In this document: piece after piece, positions 14,188-26,040 of the stretch
Numbering within the stretch: position 1 is the stretch's first letter
Layout of the letters: the number at the start of each line of letters is the position of its first letter
NCBI GenBank assembly: GCA_002104945.1
Contig: MCFH01000048.1
Location: forward strand, 1 to 64,000
Origin: Piromyces finnis finn
Taxonomy: Eukaryota > Fungi > Neocallimastigomycota
Direction: 5' to 3'
DNA: 64,000 bases
The notes under the pieces: model-generated
The model's input: the letters and a program-made list of their open reading frames with translations, nothing else
Database searches by the model: none
What the model was told of the DNA's origin: nothing
Made by a program: the position numbers and the translations under genes

Positions 14188-17100
14188 CTAGGAAGAGAAT
14201 ACACATCTTTTATTTATTTACTTATTTAATTAGTGATATTACATAATATTAGGTGATAATACATATTGATATAATAAATAATAAATAAAAATAATAAAAT
14301 ATATATAAATAAAAATATAAATATAAAAAAATATAAAATAATTATTTAAGTTGCATAAAAGTTCAATGAACTCTGCAATTTGTACTGTGTGGGATTGGTC
14401 CCTACCTAATAAATTAAATGAAATAAAAAAAAGAAGTAACATCAGGTATGATAGTGTGGTGTCCACTAAACTCTCCCATGAGTTCATAATGTTTTCATTC
14501 GAATTTGAGGAAATACTAACATTGAACCCTATGTACGGAACATTGGAAATGTTCCTTTGCCATATCGGTACGACGTCGGCGCTCTTGATTACGTTAGGTA
14601 TCTTACTAAACCTATCAAAAAGTAGCTTCATAGAGCTACTAATGATAGGGATTGTTTTAGTAAGAAAAGCCGCGAGACCCTCTACATATGGAACATGAGA
14701 CCCCGATGAACTGTAAAGCTGTTCATTCAAATGTCTTTGTTCCGCCTTATCGATTTGTAGCTCATCATAAGCTAAAGTTCCACCAAGAAGGAACGTAAAA
14801 ATATAGTTATAAATTGTTTTTCTTACTTCCGTTTCGGGGAGTAAGTATGTGATGAATTGATTCTTATATTTATTGTAAAAAAGGGTAAAAAGATCGTCAA
14901 GAAAGCTAAGTGAAGAAGCTCTGTATTCAGAGAATGCAGAACATTCTAATATCCAATGGTAAAAAGATTGTTCGTCATATCCGCAACATGGACAGACACG
15001 AGGGCAGTCAGGAGTAACTCTATTACTGGCAATAGCAATTCGGGTAGTATTTTCATAACCGCATCGAATACGAATAATCCAGGTAATTCCTAAATTTAAG
15101 TGAGGTTTGTTGAGACCGATATGCATTAGGCGATTTGAATTAAGGAATTTGTTGTTAGTATATCTGAGGGCTTTACTTCCATTATTTAGGCTACTATTAT
15201 TCCAATAATATTCTCTAATATCTTTAGTACTTTTAATATTTATTTTCATAAGTTTCTTATGTAGTGAACAAGATTCTTTGGCCCAAGAGTAATGAGACAT
15301 GGGAGGAATAGATCGGACGAGATCTTTAATTATACAATTTGATTTTCTCCATTTAACAAAGCATTTCACTTGTTGCGCAGCACAAATACCTGAAAGGGTA
15401 GGAAACTTCATATCTCTTGTAAAAGCATACAGACTAATAAATGAATTTCGTTCAAAAACAAAATCTTTGTTATTAAAACTTTTATTGTGAAAGCTATTGA
15501 CACTCCATAAAACAGCAGTATTGATAAGAGATTGGACTCTTCTAGTTCTATTTTTGTTGGAACCAAGCAAAGGAGCATAATAAGAGACTTTGCTTAAAAT
15601 ATAGGAATGAATTACTATGTTTTTTAAGCCAATAGGAACACAATTGTTGGTGAGGAAGTTCTTAAAAGAGAATAAAGATTTCTGAACTTTTTTGTACATA
15701 TTAGACAGAATAGGAGTCAAAGAAAGATCTTCGTCGAATGGGATTCCAAGATAAGTATAGCAAGAAACCTTTGGAATCGAGTACATACCGATGTAAAATG
15801 TTGGGTCGACATAACTAGGGGATCTATTAAAGTTGATAGGTTTAACAACAATAGTTGCACATTTATTTATTCCAAAAGACATTTCATTTAAATTAGCCCA
15901 ATCAAGGACCAGATTGATCATCTTTTGAAGGTTCTTCTTACTAGGAACAATCAAAACAATGTCATCTGCGAAAAGGCCACCACAACAACGTTTATTACCT
16001 AAGCTAACTCCAAGCCTTTCACATTTATTTAAAATATCATTGATAAAGAGGTTAAACAGTATAGGAGAAAGAGGACATCCTTGTCTTACACCACGGTTTA
16101 TAGGGAATTCATTGGAAAGCATATCCAAGAAACGTGCACGAGCTTTAGAGGTAAAGTAGAGATTATTGAGAAAATCAAAACATTTACCACGTATACCTAA
16201 TTTATATAACTTTGTAAGGATATTAAAAATAGGAACTGAGTCGTATGCTTTTTTAAGGTCTAGAAAGGCGACATAAGTGGCTTTTCCTTTAAATTTTCTT
16301 CTTTGACAGATTTCTCTAATGGAAATAAATAAGCTAATACATTCTTCTTTATTGCGAAAACCAAATTGCTCAGGTCTTATAAAATTATGAGAAAGAGCAT
16401 ACTTTGAAATTCTATTAGTTACAATTTTTGAAATGATTTTAAGACCTACATTGATGAGAGAAATACCACGATAATTATTACAGTCTGAAAGATCGCCTTT
16501 CTTTGGAATAGAAACAATGGAAGCAGAGTTCCATTTCAAAGGAAAGGAACTATTCCAGATTTTATTAAAAATTAATTTAAGACAATTTCCAGCAGCCTTA
16601 TGTTCTTTCTCCAGTTCTTAGTTACAAAAGAAAGCTTTGAAAAATTCAATTGGGATACCATCGGGACCTGGAGCCTTGTTATTCTTCATTGACAGAACAA
16701 CATTTCTAATTTCCTCAATAGAAATGGGACCATTTATATTCTATGCTATTTGATTGATATGGTTGAATTGGAAGGCTCTTTCCCAGTAACCACGATTTAA
16801 GCTGTGATTTGTAACATCAGATGCAAGATTTTCATAATGTTCAGCCCAACGTTTTAATTGTTCTTGAGGAGTAAATAAATCCTTGCCATTCTTGTCCTTA
16901 ATAGTTGAAACATGGGAGGACGAATAACTTGGTTTGGCAAGTTTTTTAAGGCCTTTCCAACCTTGTCTAAAGCTTTTATCAATAAAATGTTTACCAATAG
17001 AAACAATATTAGCTTTATAGAGATTGGATCTGAATTTACTCTTAACCTTTTTGATGGTATTACATAGATTTTGGTATATGGAGAACTGGTTAAGATAATT

Positions 17101-20068
17101 TTCCATGTCAGTGCAATCTGAAAGGGGCTTAATATTTTTGTAAGCCAGGTGTTTTTCATGTGATAAGTTTTTGATGTATTGAGGGCAATGGAATGCTGGA
17201 CCTTTTAAATCTGCAGGCACAATGGCTTTTATTTCTTTACCTATAGTTTTGGAAGTATCTAAAAATCTTGAAACCATATCGTCAGCCGAAAGGCTATCGC
17301 AATTAGCTTCAAGCTCGGAAGCTAGAACAGCAAAGTAATTACTAGTAAGAATGTCAGAACACTTTGTGTTACAGATATGACTTGACCACTTAAAGGTCTT
17401 CTTAGGCTTTTTGAAACCATCCGAAGAGTCTTTTTTACAAGACACAAGGATCGGTTTGTGATCAGAAACATCGTGGAAAACTTCGCAAACTGAAGATTTG
17501 TTTATGTGTTCTGTCATAGCTTTGTTGTATATAATATGATCAATGCATGAAAATTTAGATCCTTTTTCCCAGGTAAAATTATTACCAGTTAACTCAGCCA
17601 TAGTCCAATCCGGGAAGTGTTGTGATATATAAGATTTGATTTTTATAGCTGACATATTAAAGTCTCCTACAAGGATAGCTGGGTGGTTGAATTTTTTATG
17701 CGTTGTTAACCACTTATCAAGTTCATCAAAGGCAATTAATCTAGCATCCGGCCATCTAGTTTACGGGAAGTAAATATTACCGATGGTACATCTCTGGTTC
17801 CAAAATGACAATATTGTAACTGAAATGATGTAGTTATATAGAAGAGGTTCAGGAGTAAAGGAACAAGAGTTATGAACACCAATGTAAAGTCCTCTCATAC
17901 CTGGAACTTTAGGATTAGCACGTCTGTGTACTGGTTTATAGTTCGGTAGGCATGGGGAGGAAATTGCATTACCACAGAGGAATTGACTGTTACCTACTTC
18001 TTGAAGACAGACACATACAGGTTTGAAAACAGAGATGAAGTATAAAACACCGTCCTTTTTCTCCGGGTTCCAAACATTGATGTTCCAACAAGTACATAAG
18101 TTGAAAAAGGAAGCATTAGAGCTTAGATGACTAAAATAGAAATCGTCAGAGAGTGGACCAGTAGTAGATTTGATAGATCGTTTGTTATTGTATGATCTAT
18201 TGTTTTTGAGCTTATCAATGAATTTCCAAGATATTTTACTAGAGATAGGGAGTTTTTCAGAAAGTGAGTGTATAAGTAACATGGCTTTAAGCGGGCATTT
18301 TCCATTGACTTTTAGAATGAAATAGGTACCGAGTGATTGTGAATATTTTTTGGTGAGGGATTGAAGAATATCATTGAAAGGTTGAATGTCCTTTAAAAGA
18401 AATTCCATTAGTCGTTGTTTTGACCATGAACTAAGATCATGGATAAAAATTAGATATGATTTATTGGAGTTAGATTCGAAGAAACGAAGACCACGTCGTA
18501 AGGTAGGTACAGTACAATTGGTATTGTTCATTTTGAAAGAACTTATTATGACAATAGATATTAATAATTTGAAGTATTGATATAATGATATAAATAAGAT
18601 AATGAAATAAAATATATAGTAAAATAAAAATAATAATAGTAAAGACGGATATATTATATAGCTAGTGGATTATTTGTCAATCAATATTTTAAATTTTATA
18701 ACTGGAAAAGTGGCTAAGTTGTTGACAAACTTAGTTCTAACTCTACTGAAGACTTTAAACGGGAAGATAAATTTTGAATATCTATCACTTTGGATTTCTG
18801 TATTATAACTGTATTTTGAAAGCTCTTTATATTTATAAGAATTGTATAATTTATTGGATGATTATTGTATTGTGTTGATTCTGATTGTTGAATTTGAATA
18901 TTCATTTAGGTTGTTTATGTTGTAAGGTAGAGAGATAATAAGAGTGAAAAGTTGTTATATCAAAAATAATGGAAAAAAAGTTGAAGAATTTTGGGTAAAC
19001 ATAATAAAATTTTTTTTTAAAAGATAAAATTGAAACAAGAGTAGTATTTACAATATAAAAATAGAATACTCGATTTTCCAGGATAGAAGCTTTGATAATA
19101 AAAATGTTAAAGAAAAAAAGGTGTTAATACTTACCATAATAGTCCATAATAAACCTAATTAAGTTATACAGATATATAAATATACATATAATATAAAGTA
19201 TAAGAAATATATATATATATAGAAAAGAGATAGAAAAAGTATACAAAAGAATGTTAGTAGAAAAGAGATTCCTTGGAAAATCTAGAGTTACAAAAAAAAT
19301 AAGAAATAAAAAAAGATATTACTAGAATCATATAAAATCATAAGGGAAAAATAAAAAAGCCGCGCCCCTCGAAAATAATAAAAATAGAAAAAAAAAATAA
19401 AAGATTAAATATGATTATAGTAATGAAAGCCGCACCCCACACGAAACTCAAGAATAAATGAAAGGAATAACAAACTAACTGAAAAAACAAAACTATCTGA
19501 CATCTGACTAATCAACATATAAAGAATAAAAAAGGAATAAAAGAACAAAGAGAATAAGTAGTAAACTGGGATAACAAATTATCGATGAAAGCTAAAATAA
19601 AAATGAAATCAAGAAATATTCAAAATCAGTATTTAATACTACTGAATCAAACAATTTTAAGTTTAAAATAATATGTTATAAAGGTTGTTAAAGCAACTAC
19701 TATCTAAAAAATAAGTTGAAGGTGTAAGGGATATATGATATAACAACTAACACTCAAATTATCGACTCTGTTCGCTCAGTACCATGAGCTTAGTCCTAAT
19801 AATATTTCCAAATAAAGACTTACCAAGCATCCATTGCGCAATACTTGGATTTAATTCTTTCTACTCTCTCAGTACCATGAGCATGAGTAGACCCCCTTGA
19901 GAAACTCCATTTATTAAATAAATGAAGGCACGTTCCTAAGAGGGCACCAAGCATCCATTGCGCAATACTTGGATTTAATTCTTTCTACTCTCTCAGTACC
20001 ATGAGCATGAGTAGACCCCCTTGAGAAACTACATTTATTAAATAAATGAAGGCACGTTCCCAAGAGGG
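14154..20068 (-). mobile_element. Full-length non-LTR retrotransposon (LINE, APE-RT type)
   Basis: Poly(A) tail (T run 14154-14184) and 13-bp TSD AACCTTATTTAAT at 14141-14153 and 20069-20081. APE, RT and zinc-finger motifs present. Confidence 0.95.
14239..18531 (-). pseudogene. LINE endonuclease/reverse transcriptase ORF with three in-frame stops
   Basis: One frame throughout. Motifs: WNIN, CLQEV, GDFN, IDH, SDH (APE); KAPGPDG, QFGFR, LDLKKAYD, GVRQGCPLSP, FADD, YLG (RT); CPCC..H..LEC. Stops at 17761-17763, 16741-16743 and 16618-16620. Confidence 0.92.
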
Positions 20069-20069
20069 A
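19822..20069 (-). repeat. Two tandem 124-bp monomers forming the LINE 5' end
   Basis: 19822-19945 and 19946-20069 are near-identical. A partial third motif GCTCAGTACCATGAGC sits at 19774-19789. Confidence 0.92.
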
Positions 20070-20570
20070 ACCTTATTTAATAATAATGGAGAATTTTTAA
20101 ATTAAATTATTTATAGAAAGTTGGATGACTTGAATAATGACTTTAATTATATAAATTAATATTAATCATTTTAATATATATTATTATATATTTATTGGAA
20201 CTAATTAATTCTTTAAATAGCTATATCTCAAGAACTAGTGGTCTAAATTAGCTGAAAATTTGTGAGAATATAGATCTCAACCAGTAACCAGTACTTTCTA
20301 ATAAAATTAATTTGAATTCTCTAGAAAAGGAAAATAGGACACGAGATTCAGAAGTTATCATTAGTTTCGTATAGCACATTTTCTTCTCAAGGGTTAATTT
20401 ATTGAAAATTAAATTTTTGTGATCCTTAACCCTTTTCAATATTAAATTTTTCCAAGTGATCTTTTTAATTATTTTTAAAAGTGTTTTATAATTTTTGAAA
20501 TATAAATTTGATTTTTAAATTGTTTATTTGAATATTTAATTTATTTTTTAATCGTCTTCTATTCTTGACA

Positions 20571-20621
20571 ATCACTTTCTATAGTAAAATATAGAATTAA
20601 GATAATATCCTCTTCGTATCA
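20571..20621. mobile_element. 51-nt terminal fragment of a family C LTR (inverted)
   Basis: Reverse complement of the TGATACG...GAAAGTGAT start of family C. Confidence 0.7.
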
Positions 20622-20624
20622 ATA

Positions 20625-21404
20625 TGATGCAATATATTTCAAAAACACCATAAATAAAATATAATTGTGAACGTTAGCAATAGGGAATGAGAGTTGAATA
20701 ATATATTAGATAATATTGTATTTATTTCTATTTTATAATAATAAAAATAAATAATAAAAACAAATAATAAATAATAAAAATAATAAATTTTATAATAATA
20801 TAATTAAATAGATTTTGGTTTAAAGTTTCTTTATTTAATTATTATTATTATTATGATTATAACATTAATAACATTCAATACTAGTAGAATCGAAAGTTAT
20901 TGTTTAATGAATATAAATACTTAAATATAAAATGTAAATATAAAAATATGTTGATAAAATTCTTATTAATAATAAAATATAACTTTTTGAAATAATAAAA
21001 ATAAACAATAATTATTCTTTTCTTTTATAATTAATATTTTAAACTGAATTAAATATAATAAATACTAAATACGTAATTAGTGACCTAAAACTAAACTAAA
21101 ATAAACTGTAACTAAAATAAAATAAAATAGAACTTATACTTAAAACTAAAATATCAAATATTATTTATAAATGAAAAGTTCTCTCTTCTTTTTTTATATC
21201 TTGTTCTTTATCACTATTTTTATATCTTTTCATTTCTTGTGTAATTAATTATTCTAATATATGTGTAACATTTGCGTCATAATAATTTATACTAATATAG
21301 TTTAATTATTATTAACACTAGTAATTGATATACAATTTATAAAAGGATTAGATATTATTCATGAAATATTTAAAATATTATATTTTTCTATGCATCTTGT
21401 ATCA
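20625..21404. mobile_element. Solo LTR, family H
   Basis: TGATGCA...TGTATCA with 4-bp TSD AATA. Second copy at 37038-37789. Confidence 0.88.
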
Positions 21405-21409
21405 AATAA

Positions 21410-22220
21410 TGATATAATTTGATAATAATCTTAATTTTGAATTTTACTTCAAAAAGTGATTATTATATTATATCTTTTGTTATAACTATATAAGTTATAT
21501 TGATTAAGATTTAAAATCGTTTTTATAAAAATTAATAAAATTGTTTTGTTAAAACACTAAATTGTTTTATTAGAAACACTTGTTTTTATAATATTTAAAT
21601 ATTTAAAATTTTATTTATTTAAGTATAAAAGTGATTATTAAAATTATAAAATATTAATCTAACTATATAATATTTCTTTATTAATAATAATAATAATGAT
21701 TAAAATAAGAATATTTACATGTATTTATATTTTCTTTTAAATTTAAACTATTTACATTAAAACAATAAAATTAATAACTATTTACAATAAAAATAATAAA
21801 AGTAATTAGAAATAACAATAAAAGAAATAATTAAAAGTTAAAGAATATAAAAAGTTGTTTATTTTACAATTAATTAAAGTAATAATTATTTTTAATGTTT
21901 TAATAAAGGTGTTTAATTATATTATTTTATAACATGAATTATTATATTTGTTTACTTTTAAAGTGTAATTTACTAACGAAGTTATTAATTATTTAATTTA
22001 ACAATTAATTTAACAAAAGTTATATATTTTGATCTCGATTAATTAAAGTTTATTATTTTCTTTCAATAATCAAAATATATGCAGTGTTTAGGATTAATTT
22101 TATTTAAGAATTTTGGTAAAGTACTTAATTAAACTATAACTTATTTTAAGTTACTTTTAGGGTTAACTTAAAAATCAGGTTTAATAATAATTTTATATTT
22201 ATTAATTTCATTATTAATCA
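21410..22220. mobile_element. Solo LTR, family F
   Basis: TGATATAATTTG...TAATCA. TSD ATAA is recovered after removing the younger neighbours. Confidence 0.85.
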
Positions 22221-22961
22221 ATATGATAACGGATTGGTAGTTATATTATAACTTTTTAACTACTTCTTCTGTTATCTTATATTGTTTTATCTCGACAGCT
22301 ATTGTACGAGCTTTAACAATATCTACTAGTTTTATTAATTTATTTTAAGTTATTTTATAGTTTTAATAGTTTTATTATTTTAATAATATTTATATAGAAT
22401 AATAACACCAGATTTATTCTAAAAAATATTATTTATTATTAACACAATAATTACAAATTAGACAAGTTTAATTTCGTTTTTATATTTTCTTTTATTTATT
22501 GTTCTTACGCTCTTTTTAACAATAATTTTTATTATATAAAAACTTATTTTTGTCTTTTAAATATTATTATGTATTCACTAATTAATTATATTAACTATTA
22601 TTAAAATTTAACTTATTATTAATAATCTAAGTCTTCTCATTTTCTACTAAAAATTATTATTATTCTTTATATTAAAAATTATTTTTATAATTTAACCCAA
22701 TCAAATATATAAATTTATAAAATATTTGATTTTATGTAAATTATATTTTTATAATAAAGTATATAAAATTATTTAATAATTATTTTATAATAAAATTTTC
22801 TACTAATATCAAATGTATAATATATTTATAATTATTATTTATCAAGATTTCCTCCCCTAAGATACGACTTAGTGGTAGCTGATAAAAATATTCATAAATA
22901 ATAATAAATATATAAGTTTTTGATATTTTTATACTAAATATTTAAAAATTTAATTTTTTTT

Positions 22962-22998
<37 letters not shown>

Positions 22999-23197
22999 AA
23001 AAATAATATAAAATAAGGTTTATAAAAAAAATGATGAAAAATTTGAAAATTTTTATTAATAAAATTTTTTTTTCAAAGAGAAATAAAAAAAATGAAGTGA
23101 AATTTTGTTAAATGTCGTAGTGTAAATATTTTTGTGTTTTTATATATTTTTGTAATGTAATTGTCGTATTATTTGTATATAAATGTTTAATGTGGTT

Positions 23198-25195
23198 TTA
23201 TCTTTCTTTAAACTTTGAAAATAGATGAAATTTTGATTTTAATATGTCGAAATAATGTCGTTTTAAAATTGAAGTTACTGATTTGATATAATCTTTTAGA
23301 TTGAAAATAATTGAATTTGAAATACTTTCTTTTACACTTTTTATTATACTGAAATATATATTCTTAAACGAATTATTTGATGAATTTTTGATTATATCAT
23401 TTTGTTTATTTCGCTTTTTTCTTGATTTTAATTTCCTGTTAATATTAATATTCAAGTGATTATATTTTAGAATTTTACTTTTATTTTTATATATCTTGAT
23501 TTTGTGGCATTTTTCGTGAATAATTGGCGTTTTTTCTGCTTCATCACGGCCGACAAGATTTGACTTATTAATTGAAAATTTAATAAGTGAATCGTTTTTA
23601 ATTCTTTTTGGAAATTTGCTGAAATTTGAATGAAAAATGTGATATTTTGGATAAAAATATTTATTTTTAAATTTGAATAAATGTCGAAATTTAATTGAAT
23701 ATAAAAGTTTGTTTTTATTGTTAAAAGTCGAATTAAAATTTTGAATTTTGATATTATTATTAAATGAATTAAATTGAGATTCATTAATATTTGATGGATT
23801 GAAACAATGAATCATTGAAATATTTGAAAGATTATTTTTATTTTGTTTAAAATTTGAGGGACGAGCAACCATAATAGGAGATGAATTAGTTTTCATGTAG
23901 AGAGAGTCATCATCAGGATCAATGTATAATCGGTGATTCTTTTGAGATTGACGACCTAATATAATATCATAACATGAATCTTCATCTTCTAGAATCCAGA
24001 ATAATGCATAGATTTTTAAATCACCAAATTTAAGAGTTAAATTAACAGCTTGATTTGTTGAAATAACTTGTTTGCTAGCTAATTTAAAGAAAGTTCTCTT
24101 AAAATGTGTAATATTATGATTTGCTGATATTAAATTAAAGAAGGATTTAGTAATAACATTAACATCAGAACCAGTATCTACTAAAACTCGGACAATGTTA
24201 TTATCAATTGAGCCAATGACAGAAGCAATGTTGATTTTATTAATGACATTAATTTCGTTATCTGCTATATTGATAATATCATCATCATTGTCATTATCAG
24301 CATCATCATTGTTTTCATTATTTTTATTATTATAATTTTCATTAATGATATTAATAAATGAATTAATATCATCATCATTAAGATCCATATTTTGAATGGC
24401 GTTTATTTTCCGAACGTCATTTGGATCAAGCTTTAAACCTTTGGCACAAAGTCTTCTGATGATAGGACTGACTGCAAGCAATTGTGCAAAAGAGATACCA
24501 GCATTTGTATTATTAAGGGCATCAAAAATATTATATTCTTTATTTTTGCCCAACATGACAATAGAACGTAGGAAGTCATAATAGTTGCTTTTGGGAGACT
24601 TTTTGCTATCTATAACTTCTTCTAATTCGTCCTGTTTACTTGGTATATCTGGACCAATTCTTCTTTTATTTCTGGTTTCTTTATTTTTCATCTTAGCAGA
24701 GGAAATATTCTTGCCTGCAATTACCGAGGGGTCTAAGATGTCTAGGCGGGAAGTAGTGGTATGAAAATTTGAATTTTTCTCATTACGAATTTCTTGCTGT
24801 TCTTTCATCTGAGTGGCCTTTGTGTGTATTGGTAATGGATTTTCTCGAAGTTTCTTTTTCTTCGACTGAGTCACGTGATCCTCATCATCACTTTCATCAC
24901 TTTCTTCAGAACTTTTTCTCTTGAATGCATAAATAAGGTTTTCGATGTCCTTATCATCGACTGTATTTGTCACGTGATCACGTGTAACGTAATCCTTATC
25001 ATTTTCATTGATTGGATCATCCACCAAAGGGTTAGAGAATTTTTCTTTAGAATTTGGAAATTTTTTTGTTTTATGGGAATCACGTGTATTACCAACATAG
25101 ATTTGCTCATTAATGTTGTTGATGTTGTGGGTTTGGTTATTATCAATTTTGGAGTTAGAAGGGGAAGATTGAGAACTTCCCCCATTTAATTTAAA
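23198..25195 (-). CDS. Retropepsin ORF reached by -1 frameshift, with a basic C-terminal tail
   Basis: The -1 frame is open from the slippery site. LVDTGSDVN and IILGR are aspartic protease motifs. Confidence 0.82.
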   Translation of the reverse strand, partial: FKLNGGSSQSSPSNSKIDNNQTHNINNINEQIYVGNTRDSHKTKKFPNSKEKFSNPLVDDPINENDKDYVTRDHVTNTVDDKDIENLIYAFKRKSSEESDESDDEDHVTQSKKKKLRENPLPIHTKATQMKEQQEIRNEKNSNFHTTTSRLDILDPSVIAGKNISSAKMKNKETRNKRRIGPDIPSKQDELEEVIDSKKSPKSNYYDFLRSIVMLGKNKEYNIFDALNNTNAGISFAQLLAVSPIIRRLCAKGLKLDPNDVRKINAIQNMDLNDDDINSFINIINENYNNKNNENNDDADNDNDDDIINIADNEINVINKINIASVIGSIDNNIVRVLVDTGSDVNVITKSFFNLISANHNITHFKRTFFKLASKQVISTNQAVNLTLKFGDLKIYALFWILEDEDSCYDIILGRQSQKNHRLYIDPDDDSLYMKTNSSPIMVARPSNFKQNKNNLSNISMIHCFNPSNINESQFNSFNNNIKIQNFNSTFNNKNKLLYSIKFRHLFKFKNKYFYPKYHIFHSNFSKFPKRIKNDSLIKFSINKSNLVGRDEAEKTPIIHEKCHKIKIYKNKSKILKYNHLNININRKLKSRKKRNKQNDIIKNSSNNSFKNIYFSIIKSVKESISNSIIFNLKDYIKSVTSILKRHYFDILKSKFHLFSKFKER

Positions 25196-26040
25196 TGGTT
25201 TTGGGTTTTGAGGAGGGTAGCTATGATTTTGTTCACATCAGTCATTTCGTTTGGGCAGAAGCGGGCATCATGTCCTTTCTGGTTACAACGGTGGCAGATA
25301 TGAATTTTCATCTGGGCAAAGCTTTTGGTCAAAGCATCCAGATCTGATTCTTTAGCTTCTTCTTTAGTAGTCTTTTCATTATCAGTACTACTATTATTTT
25401 CGTTATTATTATAAGAGGTTTTATCTTCAACTTCTATTTTTCTCTTATAATAATTATTTTTGTTTTGAGTTCTTTTATTGGGTACATATTCATCATCACT
25501 TTCATAAGCAGATAGAAGCTCATCTGCTTTAATAGCAATGACCATAGCATCCTTTAAAGTTTTTGGTTGTTTGTTAATAAGAGAATTTAATATAGAAGTT
25601 CTCCTATTAAAAGCTTTTGTATAAAGAAAAACAAGTCTTTCTTCAGAAGGCTTGTCCCTTTCTTTAATTTCTTTCAAAAGGTCGTTAAAAGAACGGTTAA
25701 ATTCTCTAACAGAGCTTTTGTTTACTTTTATTTTTTCTAACTTATTTAGGTTTCTATTAGAGGTTTTATCATCCTCAAATAAGTTAGATATTTTATTGAT
25801 AAATTCATTATAAGATAGGGATCTATCTTCATAATAAATATCACTACAAAGATCCTTTGAGTTACCGGTAGTAGCAAGCAAAGCAATTCTCTTCTTTTCT
25901 TTTTCAGAAAGAGCTAAGTCTTCTAAGATATCTTCAAGTTCCATTTTCCATCTGAAGAACTTAGTATCTTTCTTGCCAAGAGGGCTTATTTCTTTAGCCA
26001 TACTAGCGGCTCTTTCAAAATTGTTTTTATTTTCAGTCAT
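25186..26040 (-). CDS. gag: Gag with CCHC zinc knuckle
   Basis: 284 aa with CHRCNQKGHDARFC. Ends at the slippery site TTTAAAT. Confidence 0.88.
   Translation of the reverse strand: MTENKNNFERAASMAKEISPLGKKDTKFFRWKMELEDILEDLALSEKEKKRIALLATTGNSKDLCSDIYYEDRSLSYNEFINKISNLFEDDKTSNRNLNKLEKIKVNKSSVREFNRSFNDLLKEIKERDKPSEERLVFLYTKAFNRRTSILNSLINKQPKTLKDAMVIAIKADELLSAYESDDEYVPNKRTQNKNNYYKRKIEVEDKTSYNNNENNSSTDNEKTTKEEAKESDLDALTKSFAQMKIHICHRCNQKGHDARFCPNEMTDVNKIIATLLKTQNHLN

Larger units (their letters stand above)
13416..20570 (-). mobile_element. LTR of a B-related family (B'), split by the LINE insertion
   Basis: TGTAAAG...TTGACA. Shares GGATT(T)GGT..GGTCAGAATGTT, TAATCTT(T)ACAAAGAATT and AAGGGTT...TAACCCTTT blocks with family B. 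Pieces are 13416-14153 and 20082-20570. Confidence 0.7.

Noticed and set aside
14239-14450. Hydrophobic C-terminal (membrane) extension of the LINE protein
   Set aside because: The frame runs into AT-rich 3' UTR-like sequence. This is probably a lost stop or a frameshift.
16618-17763. RIP-like hypermutation as the cause of the LINE stops
   Set aside because: Three stops are too few to show a pattern, and neighbouring repeats with matching LTRs have intact ORFs.
19822-20069. Canonical HDV-like or hammerhead ribozyme in the LINE monomer
   Set aside because: A P1-like stem with a G-U start exists, but I found no L3/P1.1 pattern and no CUGANGA/GAAA core. Kept only as an unexplained structure.
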